From Octopus sinensis (Eukaryota), in the NCBI RefSeq assembly GCF_006345805.1, contig NC_043002.1, positions 111,290,001 to 111,354,000 of the forward strand: a stretch of 64,000 bases of DNA, written 5' to 3'. The notes under the pieces are model-generated. The model ran no database searches, was not told the origin of the DNA, and saw only the letters and a list, made by a program, of their open reading frames with translations. A program made the position numbers and the translations under genes. This document shows, one piece after another, positions 26,351 to 39,204 of this stretch. Position 1 is the stretch's first letter. Each line of letters begins with the position of its first letter.

Positions 26351-26520
26351 TATAGGTGCAGGAGTGGTTGTGTGGTAAGTAGCTTGCTTACCAACCACAT
26401 GGTTCCGGGTTCAGTCCCACTGTGTGGCACTTTGGGCAAGTATCTTCTACTATAGCCTCGAACTGACCAAAGCCTTGTGAGTAGATTTGGTAGACAGAAA
26501 TTGAAAGAAGCCTGACATAT
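26351..26520 (+). mobile_element. SINE family A, 5' half
   Basis: Head through GAAAGAAGCCTG. Confidence 0.8.
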
Positions 26521-28394
26521 ATGTCAGGCTATATGGTTTAAAGATGTCAGACAAAAAAGTATGACTTTCACTGTTTTGATCAGGCCATTTTGTTTGGTAA
26601 TTTGAAACGTTTTTGACTTGAAGATGAACCTTCTCACTGGTTTGGTCTGCACCCATTGCCCCGCTCCCATTGGCACAGTGCTTTCAGTAGATTGAATGAC
26701 ACATGCAGTCACCGTAAAGATACATTTGTATGTCATTGGGTTAGTGATAAATGCTTGTTCAACCCAAGTACCGCACTTTGATTCATATCAAGTGGCAGGC
26801 CAAAGTGTGATGACCAGTGATCACAAGGAAAAGCAGGTTTTATATCGCAGAGTCCTGTGATGGAACCTTAGCTGTTGTTACAGCGAGCATTCCATCACTG
26901 CTGTTGGCTTTATGTGGCACTTACTCAACTGCTTTTTATGGGGCTCTGGCATGAGTGCTTTATATATATATATGTGTGTGTACATATATACATGTATGTA
27001 TTTATATTTGTTAATATATATGTATATACTGATACAATGCTTGAAGTACTGTTGTTTAGAAATACCCACAACTAAAATCTTCTCGCTGAATAAAGTGTGG
27101 GAAGTGACATAAAACTAGTGTATGTTACTATCTAATATGATTAAACAAGACATCAAACAGTTCACCATGCCATAAAATATACTGTCAATATAGCTTTAAA
27201 TTATATCCACATTAAATGTCTACAGCTGAAAATACTCTTGAATGAGAAATGAAAGATTAGATAATGTAATGTGTTTATTTCATTGCTTTTATATCGCTAG
27301 TTCAATGCAGTGTCTACAGACAATTCAAAAAAGAATGTTTGTTTTTCTTTAAAATATTCACATTAACTGTGTTTCGTGTTTTAACGATACTTTTTATCTG
27401 TTTGAATCTCTGAAACCCATTACCATCCTCAACATTCATTTCTGATAACGAAATTTTCTGGCTTACTCAACCATTGAGGCAGATCTGCCTATAGATGTCT
27501 GTAAGATGATATAATTCAGTACAGCTTCCTACTGAACATTGTATTCAGTATGTACCTATCAGGAATTGCTGAGATTTTAGGGGTGGTTTAATTTTCATTT
27601 TTTTTTTTTTTTTCTGGCTTAAAATATTGGTGTTTAATTTATCCTGGTTAATAAGAATTGGTTTTCTAACAAGAATTTTTTGTTGGTTTTGTTTCTTCTT
27701 AGAGACGTGTCCATTGATGGAATTCTTTTCTTGTTTGTAGCTGTTTAAGTTGGTCTGTTTTAAGTTACTAACAAAACTTGTGCCGTTTTACCGACTCTTA
27801 GAGTTTAATTAAATATCTGCCTTTATCTTGCTTGGTAATACAGACAAACAGAAACACAAACTATATGGGCTGCCAGATTTAGTGTGGGTACCAGGTAATT
27901 ATATTTTTATAACTCTCTCACCTGGCTTCTGTTTGTCTTTTTGTTCTTACTCACCTGTTTTTATTTCATTGTTGTTCTAATGTTTCAGACATTTCTGAAA
28001 AATAACTTTTGTTTTTTTTTTGTGTCTCCATCATTGATTGGTTATTTTGTGATATAGTCATCTTATATAGACTTTTACTGTGCACTCCAATGTAAATCAT
28101 TCTAATTAATCAATTACTAAATTTTGTTTCTTAAATATTTCTCTTAATTCTTGTGTTGATGAATAAGTTAATCTATAAAGAAACTTAGTATATGCATGGA
28201 TTATACTTGTCCATTCCTAAGTGTTTCTTTGGTGTATCTTTGTGTGGATGTCCAGTGCCTGTCTGTGTTATCACTATTTCGTTGTTCTATTTTCCCAAGT
28301 TGTGAGTTTTCCATACCTTTTTGTTTTTTTTTGATTCCTGTATGTGTCGATCTTCAGGTAGGTTTCATGTGTGTCTGTTTTCTTCTCCTGCCAG

Positions 28395-28562
28395 TTCGCA
28401 GCCAGTCGCCTTCTGATGGCAGTGAGGGCACAGGCGATGAGCTCCTCGTTAGAAGGAAACCTCGTTCTTTTAAAAAGAAATGTCGCTCTCCAACAATGGA
28501 GAGCAGTACATGCATCGTTAGTCCACCTTTATCAGACAGTGATAATGTAGGCTCGCCTCCCC
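28395..28562 (+). CDS. RhoGAPp190: p190 RhoGAP exon (RSQSPSDGSEG...VGSPP), phase 1-1
   Basis: TTTTCTTCTCCTGCCAG acceptor, GTAAGT donor, 168 nt; matches the C-terminal half of ORF 28196..28570. Confidence 0.85.
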
Positions 28563-30139
28563 GTAAGTAAACAGTTTATTGCCAACAAACACGTTTTGTT
28601 GGATACACATCAATCGTTGCGCTAGTGGTTTTTTTCGTTACGTCCAGACACGCTTTATAAACTCTTTTAATATTTTTTTTTTTTTACTTTTGTGTCCATG
28701 TTTTTACCAAGTGTTTGAAGTATTTTTTTAAATTTGTTTCATTTTGTCGTTCCCCATGTATGTTGTGAATTATAACTCCCTTTTTATTTTGTTTTGAATA
28801 ATAAGTTCTTTATATCTATTATATTAAGATAATTCTTTTTTAAAAAAAATCTAGCTATTTTTGCCATAAAAACATTTTAGGTTGTTGTTGTTGGAGATGG
28901 ATATCCAGCTATATTTCAACATTCTCAATATGTTCATAAAAGATTCTCTCTTTCTCATGCATACACCTTGTGTATTTAATAACATGCTACTGACCATGGC
29001 AATAAGTAAGAAAGAAAAAAATGCATAAAGAAATTGACCCATCCTTCATTTTAATTTAGAATTTCCAAATTAATGTGATACTTTTTTTTTTTTTAGATAA
29101 ACACTTAGATGCCCCCCTCCCCTTGTTGAGTCTAAATCATACCATGGTCAGCTTTGACTGTCATCCATCCAACTTATGGTTCAATAAAATAAGTATCATC
29201 TGCAACCAGTTCCATTGATTAATTGCTTTCTCTTATAAACATTTCCCTAGTTTATGATGAAACAAGATAAAATGTCATTTCCTAAGAAGGATCACTATTA
29301 TTTCACGTCTTTTCCCAACAAAACAGTTTCATTTGAATTAAAATTAAGTTTTAATTTTATTTTGATTCTAATTTAGGAAAAATAATATTAACAATAGTTT
29401 CCAAAGTAAAAAAAAATTGCATTTTAATATTAGTATTTTTTTTTAGCTTGGCCATTAAATGGCATGCTTTTTTTTTTTTTTTGTTTTTTGTTACAGTCAG
29501 ACAGTCAGTGTTTCTTCTCCCCCTCCCTAGTATTTATTGTTGAAGCAGATATCAAGCATTATCTCACATGCTATAATAGTATATTGTTACAAAACAGCCT
29601 TCCTGTGATTGAATTTAATCATTAGCATTACTTCATGCTTTTTCTTTCAGCCATTTGCTTTACAGTTAGCCACTGTTGGTATATTGCTGCAAATTGCATG
29701 TTTCTTCTTAATTTATCATTTTTTTTTTCTTAATATTCCTTCATTGGGGGCTTCTATTTACTGTTGGGAAATATCTTTATTGTTTTTGCTTCTTGTTCAT
29801 TTTGTTGCCGAGCTGAGCCTTTCTACTACTTTTGTTCTGCTTTGTTTGACTTATGTATTGTTTTTATGCAGGTTCCATTGTTACATTTCTAAATTGTGTA
29901 ATTTAATTATTGTTTCTTAAAAAGCTAAGTTTGTAATTATATTCATAATATGTAGTACTAACAATATTAACGCACACGTTTTATTGTCAATCTAATAAAG
30001 ATACTCTTTACATTGCTTTAAAGTAAACATCTCTAAAAATATATATCAACTTATGAATTTTGTTTGTATGCCAGCAACACACAGCTAATGTATATTTTCA
30101 AATGTAATAACTGTGCAGTCAAGTATTCTGTTCCCTAGT

Positions 30140-30527
30140 GGTGGAAGCACTCCGTCGGTTACGACGACGAGGGTTCCGGTTGATCCGAATCAACGGAACA
30201 GCCTGCTCGTGAAATTACCGTGTAAGTGGCTGAGCACTCCACAGACACGTGTACCCTTAACGTAGTTCTCGGGGATATTCAGCGTGACACAGAGAGTGAC
30301 AAGGCCGGCCCTTTGAAATACAGGTACAACAGAAACAGGAAGTAAGAGTGAGAGAAAGTTGTGGTGAAAGAGTACAGCAGGGATCACCACCATCCCCTAC
30401 TGGAGCCTCATGGAGCTTTTAGGTGTTTTTGCTCAATAAACACTCACAACGCTCGGTCTGGGAATCGAAACCGCGATCCTATGACCGCGAGTCCGCTGCC
30501 CTAACCACTGGGCCATTGCGCCTCCAC
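30140..30527 (-). mobile_element. SINE D2 (D head, different tail)
   Basis: 14-bp TSD TTCTGTTCCCTAGT at 30126-30139 and 30528-30541. Confidence 0.92.
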
Positions 30528-31677
30528 TTCTGTTCCCTAGTCATAGATAAAACACATAATTCTGGTGATTCAGTTTGCCTGACAGCTTGGTTGAGCGGTT
30601 GGCAATAGGAAGGGCATTCAGCTCTTAAAACAATTTACTTCCCTGAATGGAAAATACCCTACACATTGTAACATTAAAAAATGGATTTAGAATTGCTAAA
30701 CCAAAATCAGAAAACATTTGTTATTGCCAGTGACCTCTTCAATTTCAGTATGGCTAGCATATAATGATCTGTTTTCACTTAGAACTATTTAGTTTAATAA
30801 CATCAGCTGTTGTGGATTATTTGTTCAATTAAATAGTTAACTATATCCATTTCTTTAAATTCTACTCCTCGTAGTCTTTTAGAGATATCTAACCTACTGT
30901 TTATGTATGCCTACCAATTTCAGAAGTACTGGTAAAAGCAGTTGATTAGTTTGCCTGTTATGACTATCTAAGAAATCCTCAGCAAACCAATTCACTCTTA
31001 AATGACACTTAAATTACTCTCTATTGTAATGAGTTTGTGCAGAACTTCTCACTCACTCTCTCAACATTTTTAACTTTTTAGCATTGAGATTACTCTGTCA
31101 GATATAATGCTTATTTATTCACATTGTTTTGAATTAATCATGCATTATCTCATAGCTTCAAGATTTCAATGATGTGATTGTTTCTTTTTAGAATGACATT
31201 GTAGGGTAGGTGTGAAAGGCTGGATCAAACCAGTTTGGGCATAAAACAGACAGAATGTTTTGGCCTGATATGGCTGCTTTAAATGTTAAGTCAACATTGT
31301 TTGTTGGTGTTAAAGAAAACAACCTATGACAACACTAGATACATTATGGCATCTACTTCGCTACTTCATTTTACCTTAAGTTCACTTTACACTAATGTTG
31401 TATTTTAAAGTTTTATAAAAGTGTCAATTAGATCATTTGATTGGCTTAATCCACAGTAGCCTATTCCTTTCAAAAAGCAAGTTTATACGTAGGCTTTTAA
31501 CAATAACTGTGTCATGATACATAATTATGCACACTTGCATTTAAAGATATATTTTCTCACACAAACATACACATACATAAATTGTATTTTTTTTTTTTTT
31601 CATCTTACTATTGCTTATAAATTATATAAATCTTGACCCTGATAATAAATTCTGTAATGGAATGTTACTTTTTACAG

Positions 31678-31748
31678 ATCGCTATGAAGAAAATTTATAT
31701 GAAACAATTTGTCCCTTAGATGACTACAATCAAGGTACACTTTCAAAG
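31678..31748 (+). CDS. RhoGAPp190: p190 RhoGAP exon (RYEENLYETICPLDDYNQGTLSK), phase 1-0
   Basis: TTTTTACAG acceptor, AAG|GTAAAA donor; EENLY recalls the p190 EENIY (Y1105) motif. Confidence 0.85.
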
Positions 31749-31934
31749 GTAAAAATTAACATTATTTCATAAATTAAACCAACAACAACTAACATGTGTA
31801 TATATACATGTGTGCGTACATATGTTTTGCCTTAGAATATAAATATACCTGAAAAACTCACATAATATTACTGAGAATCCTCAGTAGTTATGTCTAGGTG
31901 TCTTATTCATTTAGAATTGGTGAACTCCATAATC

Positions 31935-32083
<149 letters not shown>

Positions 32084-32163
32084 GCTCGAGGCCTCACAAT
32101 CTGCTGAGGACTCAAAATAATTAAAAGGCAGATGTGTTTTTAATTTTTGAGAGTCCTTTTAGT

Positions 32164-32578
32164 ATAGAATGGTTGTATACTGTCAATCTAACACGAACGT
32201 GACAGTAGGGGGGGTTCACCACCGCTGTTTAGCCCTAGGAAGCATCGACGCCTCCTGACGGCTTTGACACATTTTTCCTGTGTCCTTATATACATTTACG
32301 AAGGGGAGACAAATACCCCCAGCCACCCGGGCTGCATCTAGGGACACGTGTTTCAGGATGATTGTCCTTCGTAGGCCTAGAGTAGCAAACACCGGTCAGC
32401 TGACGACATCTGTCTCGACTCGTAATGTATATATCTAAATTTCAGTGAAGTCTATTCACTGATTATCAAGAATCAGAAATACTAAATTTCTAAATCTCTC
32501 GTAGAGACATGTACAGTGGTGGGGCGATAGAATGGTTGTATACTGCCAATTTAACACGAACGTGACAGTAGGGGGGTT
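32164..32578 (-). mobile_element. 363-bp unit with about 53-bp terminal redundancy and a hammerhead-like fold
   Basis: ATAGAATGGTTGTATACTG...GTAGGGGGGTT at 32164 and 32527; shares blocks with the 61.4-kb element. Confidence 0.65.
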
Positions 32579-33024
32579 TTAGTATAATTTTATAGCAAAG
32601 ACCCTCCAAACTTTGTATAGTTCAAACTTGAAATCTGACACTGTGTCAAAAAATTAGTTCCTCTATTACCACCACCACTACCACTACTGTTGTACAGTTT
32701 TCTCTGCTCTTCATGGTATATGAAAGTGTTGAATGTTAATGGGTATTCCTTGGTTAAAATAGTTTTCTGTGGATTCTGCTTTTTGTTTTCTCATCCATTC
32801 ACCTATGTTAGCATCATTGTATATTTGTTCCTGTAGAAAGAGAAAACTTGGTCTCGAATACACCATTGTATAGCCAATAGAATACATTTAACCCATTCAA
32901 CTATGAACCAAAGGAGTGGACTATGCAGTCACTAAACTATCTGGAAGTAGCAGCTAAATTATGCTCAAATCACACCTTCCCATCTTAAAAGTGGGAATTA
33001 GATATGTATCCATAGTAATGTAGT

Positions 33025-33432
33025 TATGTAGGCGCAGGAGTGGCTTTGTGGTAAGTAGCTTGCTAACCAACCACATGGTTCCGGTTTCAGTCCCACTGCA
33101 TGGCATCTTGGGCAAGTGTCTTCTGCTATAGCCCCGGGCCGACCAATGCCTTGTGAGTGGATTTGGTAGACGGAAACTGAAAGAAGCCTGTCGTATATAT
33201 GTATATATATATATGTGTGTGTGTGTTTGTGTTTGTCCCCCTAGCATTGCTTGACAACTGATGCTGGTGTGTTTACGTCCCTGTCACTTAGCAGTTCGGC
33301 AACAGAGACCGATAGAATAAGTACTGGGCTTCCAAAGAATAAGTCCCGGGGTCGATTTGCTCGACTAAAGGCGGTGCTCCAGCATGGCCGCAGTCAAATG
33401 ACCGAAACAAGTAAAAGAGAGTAAAAAGAGTA
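33025..33432 (+). mobile_element. SINE family A, full length
   Basis: Complete head, TA core and tail. Confidence 0.9.
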
Positions 33433-33789
33433 TGTGTTCAATATACTTTCAACAAAAGCAAGATTGCCATGACTTGAATGCCTTTCATCACAGGGCTGTT
33501 AAATCAACCACCACCTTACAACTATGGACAGAGGTGATTTTTAATTATAAAAAAAATTAAATTGTGATGATAAACCTTCCTGCTGCTGCCCGACAATATT
33601 TCTAATGTACAACAGTATAGACATGAATAGCTTTGGGACACAAAATTACAGATATTAAGTTTAGTATGGCATTTGTATAGGGACTTCACAGCAACCAGAA
33701 GTTGTCTATTAATCTTAAATTCCCTTTTGCCTCCCTTTTTAAAAATTAGGATGTTCGTGTTCTGGTAAATGGTGCTAGGTCAAAACCTT

Positions 33790-34465
33790 TCAATGTAGGT
33801 GTTAGATTTCAACAGGGATACAAGTTGTCGTGTCTCCTTTCCATAATTTTTGTGCTTTCACACTTGGTGGGTGTAAGATCAGTTGGCTGCTATTCCAGAC
33901 AACATTGGTGTTACTTGGCTCATCAGAGGGTGATCTCCAGCATGCATTGAATGGGTTTTCTGCCAAATGCTGCAAGGCAGGAACGGGAATTAGTGTTGCA
34001 AAGACTGTGACAAGGATCTGCTCCAGAAAGTCTTCGCAGTGCAACTCTGAGTGTTTGTGGAACACAACTGAGACAAGTGGGAAAGTTTTAAGTATCTCAG
34101 ATCCATATTCATGAATGGTGTGAAGGAGAAGGCTGAGTGAGCTGCTAAAATGACATGTGCTGGCACAGTGATGTGTCAGCTCTAGTATTCAATCCTCAGG
34201 AGAGGCTGGCAGAAAGCTGAACTCCCACAGTCCTCATACTATGGACATGAGTTAGAATGTCATAGGAAAGAACTGCAAGACAGTAGCAGGAGACCTGGGG
34301 ATAGGTCAAGAGTAAGATGGTTGGATAATATCCGTAGTTGGTCACGCTTGGGAAGCCAACTGGAAAAAGTGTAATGATGGCTGCTTCTGATAGGACTCCA
34401 TGGAGCAAGTGTCTGAGGATTCTTTTCCCCATGGCTTTCCCAGGAATGAGCGGATGGGGAAGATG
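33790..34465 (+). mobile_element. Degenerate RTE LINE fragment
   Basis: LVLLGSSEGDLQHAL, FKYLRS, RWLDNIRSW and ASDRTPW remnants. Confidence 0.75.
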
Positions 34466-34484
34466 AATGTATGGAAGTTAAGTA

Positions 34485-34848
34485 AGGTGTGGCTGTGTGG
34501 TAAGTAGCTTGCTAACCAACCACATGGTTCCGGGTTCGCTATAGCCCCGGGCCGACCAGTGAGTGGATTTGGTAGACGGAAACTGAAAGAAGCCTGTCGT
34601 ATATATGTATATATATATATATATATGTGTGTGTGCTTGTGTGTCTGTTTTTTGTCCCCCTAGCATTGCTTGACAACTGATGCTGGTGTGTTTACGTCCC
34701 CGTCACTTAGCGGTTCGGCAAAAGAGACCAATAGAATAAGTACTGGGCTTACAAAGAATAAGTCCTGGGGTCGATTTGTTCGACTAAAGGCGGTGCTCCA
34801 GCATGGCCGCAGTCAAATGACTGAAACAAGTAAAAGAGTAAAGAGTAA
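34485..34848 (+). mobile_element. SINE family A with internal deletions
   Basis: Identity to the other A copies. Confidence 0.85.
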
Positions 34849-35549
34849 GGCAGCTGTAATATAAGTATCTTTGGACTGACTGAAAGTGGAAATATATGAA
34901 AATTTGGGGAGGTGGATCACAGGAGGAACTCTGGATCTTAGATGTTGAAAATATGAAAGAAATGATTGAATAAACTAGAATGTACCAACAAAAGCCAAGT
35001 AAATGCTTTAAATTGCTCAGAACTTGAGGTTAGTGGGTCTGTATGCTTAACTCAAATAAATGAAAACAGAATCTGGTAGAGTATGTATTACATTTATTTA
35101 CTGTTTATTCCAATTTATTTATAATCCACACTACTCCTATTTTTAGGGAGAGTTTTGAAATATACAACAAAATACATTGTTCAGTTAAATCCTGTAATGA
35201 ATATAATTTCTTAAATCTTTTCTCTAAGCATATATTGTTCTTTATAGAAATGCCTTTTCAAAAATGGTTTTACTATTTCTTTTAATGACATTCTCAATTT
35301 TTGATACTCTTTATATCTTTCCTCAGTTGGAAACAGCTTCTTACAATAAACAATGGGTAGTTTATTATGTTCTCACTGTCTTACACACAAAAAGTTCTGC
35401 ATATAACATATAACTATTGGTTAGACTATATGCATAGTTCAGTAACTATGAAGGGTAGTGTAGTGGAATATGAGTATTTGTGTGGTAGGTGCCTGGTCAG
35501 TGTCTTAATTAAATTCAATCTTTACAAATGATGAATTTCTTTTTCCTAG

Positions 35550-35687
35550 TATGACACCTTAGATGACTATGGAGATCTCACTGATGGTAGCAATTGGAAG
35601 GACAAGTTCCATGTGAAAATCCGCCACAAAGAAAGCACAACTGACAGAGCGAAGAAAAAAGAAGAGAAAAAGAGACAGAAAGAAGAG
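35550..35687 (+). CDS. RhoGAPp190: p190 RhoGAP exon (YDTLDDYGD...KKEEKKRQKEE), start of polybasic region, phase 0-0
   Basis: TTTCTTTTTCCTAG acceptor, GTTTGT donor, 138 nt open. Confidence 0.85.
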
Positions 35688-35950
35688 GTTTGTGTTTTAA
35701 TCATTTTCAAATTCATGACTGTCTGTGTGAATTTTAAGCTAGTTGAAAATATAACTCTGACAGCCAAAGTATGTGGACACCATAACTGGATAATCTGTAT
35801 TAATCTTACTGAAGGTGCAGCTTTTGAATTTAGATTAAGATGGAATTTATTCATAAGGAATAACTTAGGAGAAATGAGATTAATTTTGGGAAACTTAACT
35901 GTATATTGTCAACAAATATTAAATCCAAGTCCTCAACAAATACTTGTTAA

Positions 35951-36171
35951 CCCTTTCGTTACTGTATTTATTTTTAGATGCTCTGTGTTTCTTTCAATTA
36001 CTTTAAATATAACAAAGAATTTAGTAAAATAACTTAGTTATCATTCAGCTAATGTTAAGAACATAAATTGTGACTAAGGTTTGGTGGGAGATTTTAATTC
36101 AAAACTTATGAAAACAAGACATTTGTACTACAGAGCAAGGGCCGGTTTCAGCCGGGTTGGTAATGAAAGGG
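35951..36171. mobile_element. piggyBac-type MITE (second family)
   Basis: TTAA|CCCTTTCGTTAC...GTAATGAAAGGG|TTAA. Confidence 0.85.
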
Positions 36172-36560
36172 TTAATGAACATTTTGATTAATACAACAAA
36201 TATATTGTAAGTATCAAGTATCTCTATGGTAGCAATGCACTGATAATATGACCAACCAAATTTGGACCAACAAATAAAGCTTGTTTATTAAGAAATGCAT
36301 CTGAATAGGAGTTGCTGTACAATGTCTATTGATACCAACATAACTACTTTTGGGGAAAAGACAAACGGAGATCAACATTTACTTTGCTGTACTCATAATT
36401 CATAACAGCTCGGGAAACCGTTGGGAAAAATGTAGAAAAACTAAAGGATTTTAAGTGCGTTTTCATTTTAATGTGTCTTATCTCTATTTGTGCAGAACAA
36501 ATTTCTTTTATGTGCAAGTACTCACACATAAAAATTGCTTTGTTTTCTTTTTTCAAACAG

Positions 36561-36732
36561 GAGAAAAAGCTCAAAGAGCAGCAAAAATTACAGAAGAAAA
36601 TTAAAAAGAAAGATGGGAAAATAGCTGGTGCATCCCAAAGTGGTCTAGTATTAGAAGACTATCAAATGTCAACTAAGAACCATGGAGTACCTTTATTTGT
36701 AGAAAGATGTGTTGAATTCATTGATGAAGAAG
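36561..36732 (+). CDS. RhoGAPp190: p190 RhoGAP exon: polybasic region and start of RhoGAP domain (GVPLFVERCVEFIDEE), phase 0-1
   Basis: VPLFVERCVEFI is the typical first RhoGAP helix; canonical AG/GT. Confidence 0.93.
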
Positions 36733-36925
36733 GTACCTAATCCATCTGTTATTATTTCTCTTTCATATGTGTTAGTTTCATTAATATAATGATTTCTACA
36801 TGTCTCTTTGTATTAAATATTTTGTAAAGCTATTAAGTACATAAGTATATTCCATTGATCGTGCTCTATAGAATAGATACTTGTTTGTTGTGGAATACAG
36901 CACTGTATTTATAAACTATATATTT

Positions 36926-37572
36926 CATGGCCGTTGCCAGCTTCGCCTGGCCCTCGTGCCGGTGGCACATGAAAGCACCATCCGTTCGTGGCCATTGCCA
37001 GCCTCGCCTGGCCCCCGTGCCGTTGGCATGTAAAAAGCATCATCCATTCGTGGCCGTTGCCAGTGCCGGTGGCACGTAAAAAGCACCATCCGTTCGTGGC
37101 CGTTGCCAGTGCCGGTGGCACGTAAAAAGCACCATCCGTTCGTGGCCATTGCCAGCCTCGCCTGGCCCCCGTGCCGGTGGCATGTAAAAAGCACCATCCG
37201 TTCGTGGCCGTTGCCAGTGCCGGTGGCACGTAAAAAGCACCATCCGTTCGTGGCCGTTGCCAGTGCCGGTGGCACGTAAAAAGCACCATCCGTTCATGGC
37301 CGTTGCCAGCCTCGCCTGGCCCCCGTGCCGGTGGCACATAAAAAGCACCATCCGTCCGTGGCCGTTTTCCAGCTCCGTCTGGCACCTGTGCGGGTGGCAC
37401 GTAAAAAGCACCCACTACACTCTCGGAGTGGTTGGCATTAGGAAGGGCATCCAGCCGTAGAAACACTGCCAGATCAGACTGGGCCTGATGCAGCCTTCTG
37501 GCTTCCCAGACCCCAGTTGAACCGTCCAACCCATGCTAGCATGGAAAGCGGACGCTAAACGATGATGATGAT
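36926..37572 (+). mobile_element. Family B with a 9-module array
   Basis: Core spacings 61,46,46,62,46,46,62,63 bp. Confidence 0.9.
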
Positions 37573-37857
37573 ATTGTTGAATATTCAACTATATTTGATT
37601 ATATGCATAACTTTGTTGAACACACAAATACGTTTTGCATGTAGTATTGTCCTTATGATGTTCAGAGTTCAATATACTTTTGCTTACAATATTCCTTTTA
37701 TGAACATATGACTACAGTATGTTAAGTACATGATTACACATTAAAAAGTACAATACTATATTGTTAAATGCACGATACATGTAAAAACTTTAACTGTATT
37801 GTAGTCAGGTTTTCAGCCAGTGTGTATTTTATAGAATACATGATTAGATTTCATTGA

Positions 37858-38026
37858 ATACGCAGCAGGAGTGGCTGTGTGGTAAGTAGCTTGCTAACCA
37901 ACCACATGGTTCCGGGTGGTTCAGTCCCACTGCGTGGCACCTTGGGCAAGAGTCTTCTGCTATAGCCCCAGGCCGACCAAAGCCTTGTGAGTGGATTTGG
38001 TAGACGGAAACTGAAAGAAGCCTGTC

Positions 38027-38088
<62 letters not shown>

Positions 38089-38120
38089 GTGTGTGTGTTT
38101 GTGTTTGTGCGTCTGTGTTT
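37858..38120 (+). mobile_element. SINE family A, 5' half
   Basis: Head plus TA core. Confidence 0.85.
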
Positions 38121-38497
38121 AAGAGTATCCCTTAAACATTATGGACTCCAGGTGTTCATGAAAAAATGAACAAGGTAATGCAGTTTCAAGTTACTTCAAT
38201 TAACTGCTGCAAGAAATAAAACAGTCTTGAAATGATAGTTGTTTGTCCAAGTTCTTTAGCATCACAAAGGGATTACCCAGCTAGATGAGTAGCCTGTGAG
38301 AAAGCTTGTACATGGTCATTCGACCTGCTAGAAATAGCAGTCAAACTTTTTTCAAATTACATAAACCATCTTGAAAACGGAGACGTATTTTGGATAATGT
38401 AATCCTAGAAGTCTGTCTTGAAAAATCCTAATATGAACTGTTTTCTATTTTACTAATTCATGAAAGTAATATACTTTTCTGTTTTTTTAATTTCAAG

Positions 38498-38575
38498 GTA
38501 TGACTGCCGAAGGTATTTACCGGGTTCCTGGAAATCGTGCCCAAGTAGAGTTACTACTAAATAAATTTCAAGAAG
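38498..38575 (+). CDS. RhoGAPp190: RhoGAP arginine-finger exon (GMTAEGIYRVPGNRAQVELLLNKFQE), phase 1-1
   Basis: EGIYRVPG catalytic motif; TTTCAAG acceptor, GTATGA donor. Confidence 0.95.
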
Positions 38576-38623
38576 GTATGAGTTTATGTTTATGTATGTA
38601 ACCATGCAAATATATATATATAT

Positions 38624-38842
38624 ATCATCATTGTTTAATGTCCGCTTTCCATGCTAGCATGGGTTGGACGATTTTAACTGAGGACTGGTGAACCAGATGG
38701 CTGCACCAGGCTCCAGTCTTGATCTCGCAGAGTTTCTACACTATCAGATTGGGACTTGGTGCAGCCTCCTGGCTTTCCAAACCCCGTCGAACCATTCAAC
38801 CCATACCAGCATGGAAAACGGACATTAAACGATAATGATGAT
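38624..38842. mobile_element. Two family B 3' ends fused back to back (inverted)
   Basis: Minus copy about 38624-38740, plus copy about 38741-38842. Confidence 0.8.
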
Positions 38843-38895
38843 ATATATGTGTATGTATATATATGTATGTACATATATGTGTATATATATATATA

Positions 38896-38956
<61 letters not shown>

Positions 38957-39204
38957 GTATATGTGTATATAATAATAATAATATTATTAGGGAGTATAAC
39001 TCCAAACTTACAGGGGAAAATTCAATTTAGTATTAAATCAAATTTCACAGTATAAATATATCAAATATAAATTAGAGATAAAACCTCTATTAATGCAATT
39101 CAAACAATGATAGACGTAAACCAAAACATAAATAACAAATAAAATATATTTTTATAAAACATATAACTAAATCACAATAAGTATAAAAATGAATAATCAA
39201 TAAT

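Noticed and set aside
26851-26954. Phase-1 terminal exon with a hydrophobic tail
   Set aside because: Weak pyrimidine tract; easily arises by chance.
27482-27499. 18-nt microexon (DLPIDV) before GTAAG
   Set aside because: No pyrimidine tract next to the AG.
36926-37410. CRISPR-like array of palindromic repeats with spacers
   Set aside because: The spacers are homologous recurring modules, there are no cas genes, and the array lies inside a dispersed eukaryotic retroposon.
36909-37529. Long ORFs across B arrays (also 51494-52030 and 53374-53895)
   Set aside because: Open only because the GC-rich modules lack stops; the frames are not conserved between copies.
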